In this document: positions 40,370-51,100 of the stretch, in pieces | Numbering within the stretch: position 1 is the stretch's first letter | How the letters are laid out: each line of letters begins with the position of its first letter | Origin: Eledone cirrhosa | Lineage: Eukaryota | Assembly (NCBI GenBank): GCA_964016885.1 | Contig: OZ024766.1 | Coordinates: 13,020,001 to 13,084,000 of the forward strand | Direction of reading: 5' to 3' | DNA: 64,000 nucleotides | The notes under the pieces: generated by a model | Seen by the model: only the letters and a program-made list of their open reading frames with translations | Databases searched by the model: none | What the model was told of the DNA's origin: nothing | Translations under genes and position numbers: made by a program

Positions 40370-40922
40370 CTGAAGCATGGAACAAACTACCCGCATCAGT
40401 TGTGTGCTGCCAAGACACTGCATCCTTTAAAACCTCCATGCTTCCTGAAATTCACTGAAGCATGGAACAAACTACCCGCATCAGTTGTGTGCTGCCAGGA
40501 CACTGCATCCTTTAAAACCTCCATGCTTCCTGAAATTCACTGAAGCATGGAACAAACTACCTGCATCAGTTGTTAGCTGCCGGGACACTGCATCCTTTAA
40601 AACCTCCATGTTGCCTGAAATTCGCCAACACTGCACCTGATATTCCCCCTCCATACATACACACACACACATATATCTTGACTCGAGCCTAGTTAGTACT
40701 TAGATGGGAAACCACTTGAGAAACCTAGGTGCTGTAAGCATTTCCTTTTATTTTTTTTTTGCGCCAACACTACACCTGATATTCCCCCTCCATACACACG
40801 CATGCATGTCTGTGTGTATCTCATGACTCATACACTGTTCACTGTCTGTTCACTAATGTACTATAAATTCACCATTGATGAGTTGTAGTGCACCTGAGCA
40901 CTGTACACAATAATTTTATTAT
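40370..40922 (+). mobile_element. CR1/L2-like 3' end with an ~85-bp unit triplicated
   Basis: CTGAAGCATGGAACAAACTACCCGCATCAG...CTTCCTGAAATTC x3, then the same 3' UTR as 8290-8580. Confidence 0.7.
40683..40745 (+). pseudogene. 5S rRNA 3'-half pseudogene fragment
   Basis: GCCTAGTTAGTACTTAGATGGGAAACCACTTGAGAAACCTAGGTGCTGTAAGCATTT resembles the animal 5S 3' half (C-box region), followed by a T-run. Confidence 0.75.
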
Positions 40923-40924
40923 TA

Positions 40925-41280
40925 TCATCATCATCATCATCATCATTTTACGTCCGCTTTTCCCTGCTTGCAAGGGTGGGACGGGTCTTATTAAGCATGG
41001 CATCTCTTCATTCGTCACGGTCCCTTGTCATCTCCTCCGTGAGTTTCAGCAATTTGAGGTCTTCTCTCACCACCTCCGCCCATGTTTTTCATGGTCTACC
41101 TCTACTGCGTCTTCCTTCTACTGGGATTTCTTGGCACTTCTTTACCCAGCGGTCATCCTCCATGCGCATCACATGTCCATACCATCTCAGCTCAGCCTTC
41201 TCTCCTGCACACCACAACTTATCCCTCTTATACCCAGTTTCTTTCTCAACTCGTCTATGCTTGGTCATTCACGCACATTG
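40925..41280 (-). mobile_element. RTE LINE 3' fragment
   Basis: Highly similar to 22470-22820. Confidence 0.85.
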
Positions 41281-41411
41281 GCATTATAGTTATGTATAAT
41301 TGTGTATATGTATGTTATAGCTGTGTATAATTGTATATATGTGTTATTGTGTATAATTTTATATATATGTTGTGTATATAATTCTATTTTTTTTTTTTTT
41401 TTTTTTTTCAG

Positions 41412-41549
41412 AATGTAAAAAGGGTTATTTTGGCTTGAACTGTCAGTATTTGTGCCACTGTGCTGACAACGATCATTGCGACATTAAATCTGGGGTGTGT
41501 TCTAGTGTTGGATGTGCAGCTGGTTTCAGGGGAGACAACTGTCAGTCAG
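41412..41549 (+). CDS. EGF-like repeat exon, MEGF10/11/SREC-type (phase 1-1, 138 nt)
   Basis: polyT-cag|AA...TCAG|gtgggt; [45 protein letters not shown]. Confidence 0.9.
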
Positions 41550-41677
41550 GTGGGTACTTCTGTCTTTATCAGAAAGTCTGTGTGAAGATATATAGCTTAG
41601 AGGTTACAGGTGTGCTGTTCTCAATCATAAGGTCTTGGGTTGAACATCTGGTGCCATATTTTATTGTTCTATATAAT

Positions 41678-41874
<197 letters not shown>

Positions 41875-41950
41875 CGGTTTCAACACACGATTTCAGATAA
41901 AGAATCTTGCTAAACAAATTCAGAAACGATATATATATATATATATATAT

Positions 41951-42979
41951 GTAAGTATGTATGTATGTATACGTACATACATATATGTATACAGACGTAC
42001 AGTAGTATGTATATATATACATACATGCACACATATATATATGCACGTATCGGTTTACTGAACATTTATTATAATGTCCGGTTTGTTTGTTTGTAAACAG
42101 CCCGAATTACGCCGTACAGTGTTTAGGCAACCACGTCACGTTTTTGTTCAACACTGACACAGGAACAATGTACTCATTTCAAGCTTATTAACTATCGTCA
42201 GCACCGTATACCTTCCTGCTAGATGGTTGAACATCTGAAAGTATATACTTTCCTTATGCATATTAATGGCTGAGCAGCCTAATTTGCATATTGAGTGAGT
42301 TCAGTCGGCCGGGCACACCGAAAACGATAAATGGAATAGAATGAAACGAAGGTGACGTGGTTGCCTAAACACTGTACGGCGTAATTCGGGCTGTTTGTTT
42401 GTTTACAAACAAATAAACCGAACATTATAATAAATGTTCGGTAAACCGATACGTGCATATATATATGTATGTATATATATACATACTACTGTACGTCTGT
42501 ATACATATATGTATGTACGTATACATACATACTTACATTTAAGTAAGTGCCTTACTAAGAGTGAGAAATGAAATTTCGTTTCATTCTATTCCATTTATCG
42601 TTTTCGGTGTGCCCAGCCGACTGATCTCACTCGATATGCAAATTAGGCTGCTCAGCCGTTAATATGCATAAGGAAAGTATATACTTTCAGACGTTCAACC
42701 ATCTGGCAGGAAGGTATACAATGCTGACGATAGCTAATAAGCTTGAAACTAGTACATCATTCCTGTGTCAGTGTTGAACAAAAAGGTGACGTGGTTGCCT
42801 AAACACTGTACGGCGTAATTCGGTCTGTTTGTTTGTTTACAAACAAACAAACCGAGCATTATAATAAATGTTTGGTAAACTGATACGTACATATATATAT
42901 GTGTGCATGTATGTATATATATACATACTACTATACGTCTGTATACATATATGTATGTATGTATACATACATACATACT

Positions 42980-42982
<3 letters not shown>
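41951..42982. repeat. Fold-back built from a ~435-bp unit (one + copy, ~1.5 tandem - copies)
   Basis: 41951-42350 is the reverse complement of ~42575-42982; 42351-42540 repeats 42785-42982. A related fragment lies at 23990-24250. Confidence 0.88.
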
Positions 42983-43038
<56 letters not shown>

Positions 43039-43039
43039 T

Positions 43040-43320
43040 GAAGGCACATGGCTTAGTGGTTAGAGCATTAGGCTTTCAATCGAAAGGTGTGAGTTCCATT
43101 CTTGGACCGGGTGATGTGTTGTTTCCTTGAGAAAGACACTTTATTTCACGTTGCTCCAGTTTACTCAGCTGAAAATGTGTACCAGCAATAGCTGGAGGTT
43201 TAACCCTGCGATGGACTGGCGTCCTGTCCAGGGGGTAGTCTTGTACTCTCACTCACTTCACGCCATGAAACCGGTATAAGCACCGGCCAAATGAGCCTGC
43301 TGGCTTAAGACAGACTTTAG
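43040..43320 (+). mobile_element. tRNA/CORE-type SINE with a different 3' tail
   Basis: GGCACATGGCTTAGTGGTTAGAGC head, TCCTTGAG.AAGACACTTTATTTCAC core, CCCTGCGATGGACTGGCGTCCTGTCCAGGGGG segment. Confidence 0.8.
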
Positions 43321-43367
43321 ACTTAGATATATATGTGTGTGTATATATATATATGTATATATATATA

Positions 43368-43705
43368 TGGAGGCACATGGCTTAGTAGTTAGAGCATTGG
43401 CCTTGCAATCGAAAGGTTGTGAGTTCAATTCTCAGACCACGTGATGCGTTGTTTCCTTGAGCAAGACACTTTATTTCACATTGCTCCAGTTTACTCAGCT
43501 GTAGAAATGAGATGATAGGGACTGGGGTCCCTATCATTCCACTGTAAAGTGGTCATGGAGGTGCCACGGCAAAAAAAGCACCCAGCACTCACTGTAAATG
43601 ACGTTGGTCTTAGGAAGGGCATCCAGCTGTAGAAATCAAGCCAGGATCAGTTCCCATCCCACCCTTGCAAGCAGGGAAAAGTGGACGTAGAATGATGATG
43701 ATGAT
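43368..43705 (+). mobile_element. tRNA/CORE-type SINE family B with RTE-derived tail
   Basis: tRNA-like A/B boxes, core, internal hairpin ATGATAGGGAC..GTCCCTATCAT, RTE 3' UTR segment and (GAT)n tail. Confidence 0.88.
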
Positions 43706-43818
43706 GTGTATATATATATATGTATATATATATATGTGTGTATATATATATGTGTGTGTATATATATGTGTGTGTATATATATGTGTGTGTGTATATATA
43801 TATGTGTGTGTGTATATA

Positions 43819-43896
<78 letters not shown>

Positions 43897-43911
43897 TATA
43901 TATATATATTG

Positions 43912-44039
43912 TTATACTTGGGGAGGTTCATATTGTTGTAATAATATTGCCAGAAATAATAACACTGCTTGGTTGGTTTTCGCTTCTGTATCTTTTATAT
44001 CTCCATAGTTAATTTATTTGGCATTGATTGACCAATGGT

Positions 44040-44116
<77 letters not shown>

Positions 44117-44256
44117 TCTAACAAAGTTCTTTGATTGCCAAATAAATTAACTATGGAGATATAAAAGATACAGAAGCGAAAACCAACCAAACAGTGAGTG
44201 TGTTCTGTTATTATTTCTGGCAATATTATTACAACAATATGAACCTCCCCAAGTAT
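43912..44256. mobile_element. MITE with ~110-bp terminal inverted repeats around a (TA)n core
   Basis: TATACTTGGGGAGGTTCATATTGTTG...TTATTTGGCA mirrored by TGCCAAATAA...CAACAATATGAACCTCCCCAAGTATA. Confidence 0.85.
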
Positions 44257-44259
44257 ATG

Positions 44260-44292
<33 letters not shown>

Positions 44293-44299
44293 GTATATA

Positions 44300-47200
44300 T
44301 TTTCTTATTTGTTTGACCCGAATTGGGTCCTAGAGATGATTCATCATCTTCTAGAGTTCAAAAGCTAGCTAAACTGAAGAGGTGCCGGCCTGCCCGCCCA
44401 GCCAATGGGATGGCGTCATCTTATGGTTAAAACAGCACGAAGAAAAGGGCCTCAGTACCATGCGAGTCAATCGGGCTACTCCATGACGTCGGAGTGCAAC
44501 CCGAGCGACGAAAGGCTGCTAAGAATCACAGGTTCACGAAGGCCGCCATGGAACAGGACTAACCTTGCCATATGCACATACAACTGCAGGTCTTTGGCAG
44601 GGGGGCAAGGACTGAACCACCTAATGGAGGAGAAGAAGAAGATCAGGTGGGACGTGTTAGGGCTGTGCGAGACCCGCCAGAAGAAGGAGGCGAATTCCCG
44701 ATGGCAAGATGGATGCGCCGTGAGACTCGGGAAAGCAGAGGATGCCAGATTGGTATAGGGTTTATCGTAAGCAAGGAATGGGCTTCGAAGGTCGCTTCTT
44801 GCCAGTTCATATCGTCACGGATTGGTGTAGTGAACGTAAACCTCTCAGGGAAGGCCACCCTCAAGATCATCCAGACCTATGCTCCCACAAGTGCCAGCGA
44901 CGACGAGGAAGTGGAAGAATTCTATCGCCAGCTAGACAAAGTGCTAGCTGTGAAGTCCACTTACACCGTAGTGATGGGAGACTTCAACGCAAAGGTCGGA
45001 CAGGGACGGCAAGGGGAAGAGTATGTAGGAAAATTCGGCCTAGGAGATCGAAATGAGAGAGGAGAGTGCCTGGTCACCATGGCGGAGATGAGACGGCTCT
45101 ACATTGGAGACAGCCTATTCAGGAAGAAGGAGGAGAAAAGATGGACCTGGGTATCGCTAAATTCTGAGCACGGAAACAAGATCGACTACATCCTGGTCGA
45201 CAAGCGACGTATACTGCAGGACGTCTCCGTCATAACGCCATTTAACACTGGCAGTGATCATCGTCTGGTGAGGGCGAAGGTCGTCATCGATCGGACGAGG
45301 GAAAAGAAGGCGCTACATTTGGCGGCAAAGGGAGAACGCGTCTGGGTCTTCAACGAGGCGCAGCAGCAGGAAGCCATCATGCAGGAAAAGTGGTGTAAAG
45401 GAGACGGCATAGACGCTGACTACGACTCACTGATAAGGAAACTGAAGGAGTGCTTGAGGAAGGCTAAGGGTATGTGCCCGAAGGAGTGGAAGGGAAGAGT
45501 CTGGGAGGAAACTATGAAGTTGCTTGAGAAGAGGAAGATTATGAAGGGGTCACCTGAAAATCACCTCGAATATTCCCTTCTCAGCAGAGTGATACGTCAA
45601 CTGAAGAGAGACTTCGAGGCATACCGGATGGGGAAGCTCCTGAAGGCCGCAGAGGAAAAGAAGAGCCTCAAGAAATGCGAGAGAGACATGGCAAAGTACA
45701 GATCGGAGGTGACGACCCTGAAGAACACAGCTGGAGTACCGGTCAGCGACAAGAATGAGATGGAAAAGATTTACGAAGACTTCTACACCAAGCTCTTCAA
45801 GTCTGCCGGGAATGTGCAGCCGTTGCTGTCACTCCAACAGGAAGAAAATGTGCCACCCATCTTTATCGGTGAGGTCGAAAGAGCCGTCGGCGTAATGAAA
45901 AGCGGAAAGGCGCCAGGGAAAGACGGCATAACATCGGAGGTGTTGAAGTCAGGCGGAGAGCAGTTCTGGAAAATCCTCGCCGAGTGATTCACACACGATC
46001 TGGACGAGGGAAGAATACCCTCACAGGGGAAAGAGTCGAATACCATCCTGCTATAAAAGAAGGACGATAGAGAAGATCTGAAGAACTACCGACCCATATT
46101 CCTGCTGTCTCACGTGTACAAGCTGTTCACGAAGATAAACCTGAACAGGTTATCACATCATCTGGACGAACAGCAACCGAAAGAGCAAGCCGGCTTCCAG
46201 AAGAACTACAGCACGATGGACCACATATTTACTCTGACACAACTGCTTGAGCAAGCAAAAGAGTACAAGATGCCTCTTTGCGTCGCGTTCGTAGACTACA
46301 AGAAGGCCTTCGACAGCGTCGAAATCAACGCAGTGCTGAACTCGCTGCAGAGGCAAGGAGTCGAGGCGCAATACGTTCAACTGCTCAAGGAGGCGAATTC
46401 CGGATGCACCACCGACACAGCTCTGCTGTCATCACCCTTACGAGTGCCGGTCGAGAAGGGAGTGAAGCAAGGAGATACGATCTCTCCAAAAGTTTTCACC
46501 GCGTGTCTCGAGCAGATCATCAGAGGCATTGACTGGCAAGGCAGTGTCACCATCAATGGGGAGATACTTACCCACATCCGTTTCGGTGATGACATCGTAC
46601 TCATCGCTGAAACCACGGATCGGCTTCAGACCATGCTGACGGAGCTCGACATCAAAAGCTCTGCAGTAGGCCTCAAGATGAACAGCATTAAAATGAACTT
46701 CATGCGGTCCGACAACGTACCAACAGGTCGAATGGTGGTTGGCGGTGATGAAATAGAGGAGGTGGAGGAATACGTCTACCTAGGACAAGAAGTGAACATG
46801 CGCTGAGACATTGAGAGGGAGATCTCGCGGAGAGTAAGGGCCGAATGGAAGGCGTTCAGCGGCATAAGGGATGTGCTCAAGGGGAGGTTGGACAAGACCA
46901 CCCACGCCAACCCCTTCAATAGCACAGTTTTACCTGCAATGTTATATGGCAGTGAATCTTGGGCTACAACGAAGAGAGAAGAGCAGAGGCTGGTAACGGC
47001 TCAAAGAGCCATGGAGAGATCAATGCTAGGAATCTCGTTGAGAGAGCACATCAGGAGCGAAGTCATCAGACAGAAGTCCGGTGTGAGGGACGTCATCGCG
47101 CAATATATACGCAGCAAGTTCAGATGGGCTGGACACGTCGCCCGGTTCACCGATAATCACTGGACCTGCGCAGTTGCGGAGTGGTACCCGTGCGAGTGGA

Positions 47201-47357
47201 AGCGACCACTCGGAAGGCCTCCACGAAGGTGGCAGATCATTTTAGGAATATGATTGGGACTACATGGATGAGGAAAGCACAATCCAGAGAGGAATGGACG
47301 GCGTGCTGTGACCAGCGGCGCCGAATGGACGCCCGACAGACTGGTCGGTCAAGGTGA
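44300..47357 (+). mobile_element. Near-full-length GC-rich RTE-clade LINE (APE + RT), inactivated
   Basis: CTYNCRSL, LCETR, YAPT, GDFNAKVG, GSDH, EQAGF, FVDYKKAFDSVE, KGVKQGDTISP, RFGDD, RWAGHV and GRPP; one frameshift and several stops; flanked by (TA)n. Confidence 0.93.
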
Positions 47358-47370
47358 TATATATATATAG

Positions 47371-47407
<37 letters not shown>

Positions 47408-48158
47408 TTTAATACAATAACAGAGAAAGCTTTAAGCTAAACTCTGACTGGCTACCATCTCACTCAACAAACATTAGGATATACCTTAGTATAATCCCAA
47501 TTTTGTGTTTGGGGTGCTAACTATATGTATTTTGTGGAAAGCCAGTTGTATTATTTTATATGAGATATAATTAAAATTAAAATATATCTCTCTTTCCAAA
47601 CAATTGTTTCATTATAAGTTTTCTACAAGTTGGGAGAATGTTTCCGGTTTATGTAGAAGCCTACATATTTTTCTGTAAGAACATATGCAGGTGGGCCTTA
47701 TAAATCATCAGTGGATGCCCTTCAAACATTGATATAAGAAAACATTTCTTACCGCAGTTATTTTTCGTGTCAGCTAAGTCGTCCCTTCACGCATCATAAT
47801 GACCGCCAAATTTGAAATTCCAGCAGTCCTAGACTGAGGAATTTCACAGCGTCACGAAGCGGAAAAGGGAGGCAATCGCGAAACACAAGAAAGTAAAATA
47901 ATATACACGTGGGTTAATTAGTTTTTTTAAAAACAATTTTAATCCTGCGTGTTAAGAACTCAATTAATTTTAAAAAAATAAATGTATGCATGTATTAATT
48001 ACGTATATATATATACATATATATATATACATATATATATGTATATGTGTGTATATGTATATAGTATATATGTATATATAGGAAGAGGCACATGGCTTGC
48101 AAGCAGAGAAAAGCGGACGTAAAATGATGATGATGATGATGATGATGATATATATATA

Positions 48159-51100
48159 TCTATTTATTAATTTGAAGAACGTCAGTATTCCGTGTGTCAC
48201 AATTCTCGATTATCATTGGTTCATAGGTTTCAAAGGACTCCGCCCACCCCAACGACGCCAAACTGAAATTAATATGCATAATGCCAATGAGGGAGTGAGA
48301 GGGGAGAGTGTGAACGCTGTGTTCAATAACTATTAACATGTATGCGTGTGTATGTATGTGCGCGTATGTTTATGTGTGTGTGCGTGCGTGCAGTGTTCCA
48401 CAGAAAGTAAAAACTATCAACATGTGTAAGTGTGTGCGTGTGTAAGTTTGCGTGCGTGTGCGCGTTTCCATGCGTGTATGCGTGTGACGTTCCACAATCG
48501 CCGCGCAGTTTATCTGTCTGTGTGCCTGTCTGTCATACACAGAGTTGTGAAGGGAGTAAATAGGGACCTTTCTTTACATTGACGGACATCTTTTATATTT
48601 ATTATTGTGTCATTTTTTTTTACAATTGCTCCAAATGAATACTGATAAGAAAAGCAATTCGACTTTATCAAACAGTGAACTACAGCGGCGACGGAGTGCT
48701 GCGATGGTTGAAAAACGAACTGGCTGAGCATCATCAGCAGGTGGCCAGAATTCAGCAGCAATGGCGTGCTCCGATGGATGAAGAGGAGCTGGCTGAACAG
48801 CGCCAGCGCAATACAGAAGTTCAGGGAATGTGTCGCAAAGTGCTCCTCATTCCAGTAAAGAGGCTAGAAGGCGAACGAATGATATCAAAAATGGATCATG
48901 GCAACCGTGTCACTGTCAGATTGGTGGACGAGCAGGGTCTCCACATTGTGGAGCATTGCTTTGGTGGCACGAAAAGACGTGGACCACAATGTGCTGTCAC
49001 AAAGGAGCAGTTCAACTAGAACCTTTGCGAATGCCGGATGATGGGGAGTCACCGGAGTTTAAAATACTAAGTATGTGGGGTGATCAATGAGACCGAGGTA
49101 GATTACTGCGCAAATATTCGCGGCAAATTAACAATTTATTAGCTTTAGCATCGCAGAGAGTTAGTGAGATGTTTGAGAGTGGAGCATGGCAACCGAATGT
49201 CGTCATTCAATGCCGTTTGTATCATTGTATCGATAATTTAGAAGTTACCCCAGGAGAGAGGCCTTGATTCGCTCAAATTTACGTTAACAATCCAGATTAT
49301 AGTGAATCGGAGGAGGATATCAGGATCGGTTGGATGAAGTTGCCGGGAAATATAACTGAACTTGAACGGCAAAGGTTAAGTGATTTGATCCATGATTTGC
49401 AATCATGGCTTAGACAGTGTAATCCTTATGTTATGGATTTCATGTTGGTGGCTGAACTGCAGAATGTTCAGCAACAAACATTGATGATTAAGGCTGACGC
49501 AGTGCCAAGGAATCAACACGAACGGCGATATAATGCCCCCGAAGGATTTCGTGAAGTTGCTGTGTTGATGGACGATAAGCCTGGATCGAGAGATATCGCC
49601 CTCAATCGCAGAGATGGTGGTCTCAACACTATCAATGAGTCAAATAGGACATACCATCCATTGCATTATGTTCTTTTATTCCCAAAAGGTGAAAATGGAT
49701 GGAGCATGTCTGTTCATTTAGATGATCATGAGAATCAGCATCAACAGGGAGGTGGCAATAGACACAATAATTCGATTTGCGACTTTTACGCGTTCCATTT
49801 GAACGAGAGGAATCAACAGAGAAATGCGCTATTTCAAGCCAGCAGATTGTTCCAGGAATACTGTTGTATGGCATACGCAAAGATCGAAAATCAAAGGCTA
49901 AATTATATAGCTACACATCAGCAACATATCAGAGCTGAATTGTATAATAATATACAGGATGCGATAACAGCCGATGATGCCAATTACAAGCAAATTGGTC
50001 GACGCATCATTTTGCCATCGTCGTTCATCGGCGGCCCGAGATATATGAACATTCGCTATCAGGATGCAATGGCTATTGTCAGAAAGTTTGGAAAGCCAGA
50101 TTTGTTTATAACGGTTACATGCAATCCTGAATGGACTGATATTAAGGATGCACTTTTGCCAGGACAACAGCCAAAGGACCGTCTTGATATTGTGGCAAGA
50201 GTATTCAAAGGATATCTGAAAAAGATAATGGATGATGTGGAAAAAAAGGGAATCTTTGGAGGTATAGTTGCTTTTACATACGTAATTGAATTCCAAAAAA
50301 GAGGATTGCCACATGCACATTTGCTGATCATTTTACATAGAGATTGCAAATTGTGATGTGCTGAGGATGTCGACAGCATTGTGTGTGCTGAACTGCCGGA
50401 GAATGAGGCACTATGCAACTTGGTGGCAAAGTCAATGGTGCACAACCAATGCGGAGTGGCAAATCGGAAAGCGCCTTGCATGAAAAATGGCCAATGCAGT
50501 AAGCACTTTCCGAAATCTTTTGTCACGAACACTTCCTGGAATGATGGGGATGCTCATCCCTCATACAGAAGACGGTCGCCTGCCGATGGCGGTTTGGTCG
50601 AAAATGTAAACGGTCGACAGGTTACAAATCAATGGGTTGTGCCATACAATCCATATTTGATTATGAAATATCGTTGTCATATTAATGTGGAAATTTGTAG
50701 CTCAGTGAAAGCTTGCAAATATCTATTCAAATATGTTTACAAAGGTCATGATGGGGCAATGATGAATGTCAGGAATGAGGAAGCGAACCAAGGAGATGAA
50801 GTTGGCAGGTTCCAGGATGTTCGCTCGATTGGATCTAGCGAAGCTTGCTGGAGATTGTTCGATTTTGATCTCAATGAACGCAAACCCAGCGTTCAGAAAC
50901 TGACGGTTCACTTAGAGAATAGGCAAATGGTCTGTTTTAAGGACACTAGAAGAGGTATCGAAAGAATTGCTAACGCACCACCTCCTAAGACGGAATTGAC
51001 TGAGTGGTTCAAGCATAATAGGGAACATGCTTTGAACCCGGATCAAAAGCAACTCTACTGCGATTTCCCTTCGCACTATACGTGGGATAAGAAGGGAAAG

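Noticed and set aside
47630-47715. Minus-strand CTGATGA...GAAA with a long imperfect hairpin
   Set aside because: Stem II is out of register with GAAA and no stem III/UH or stem I was found.
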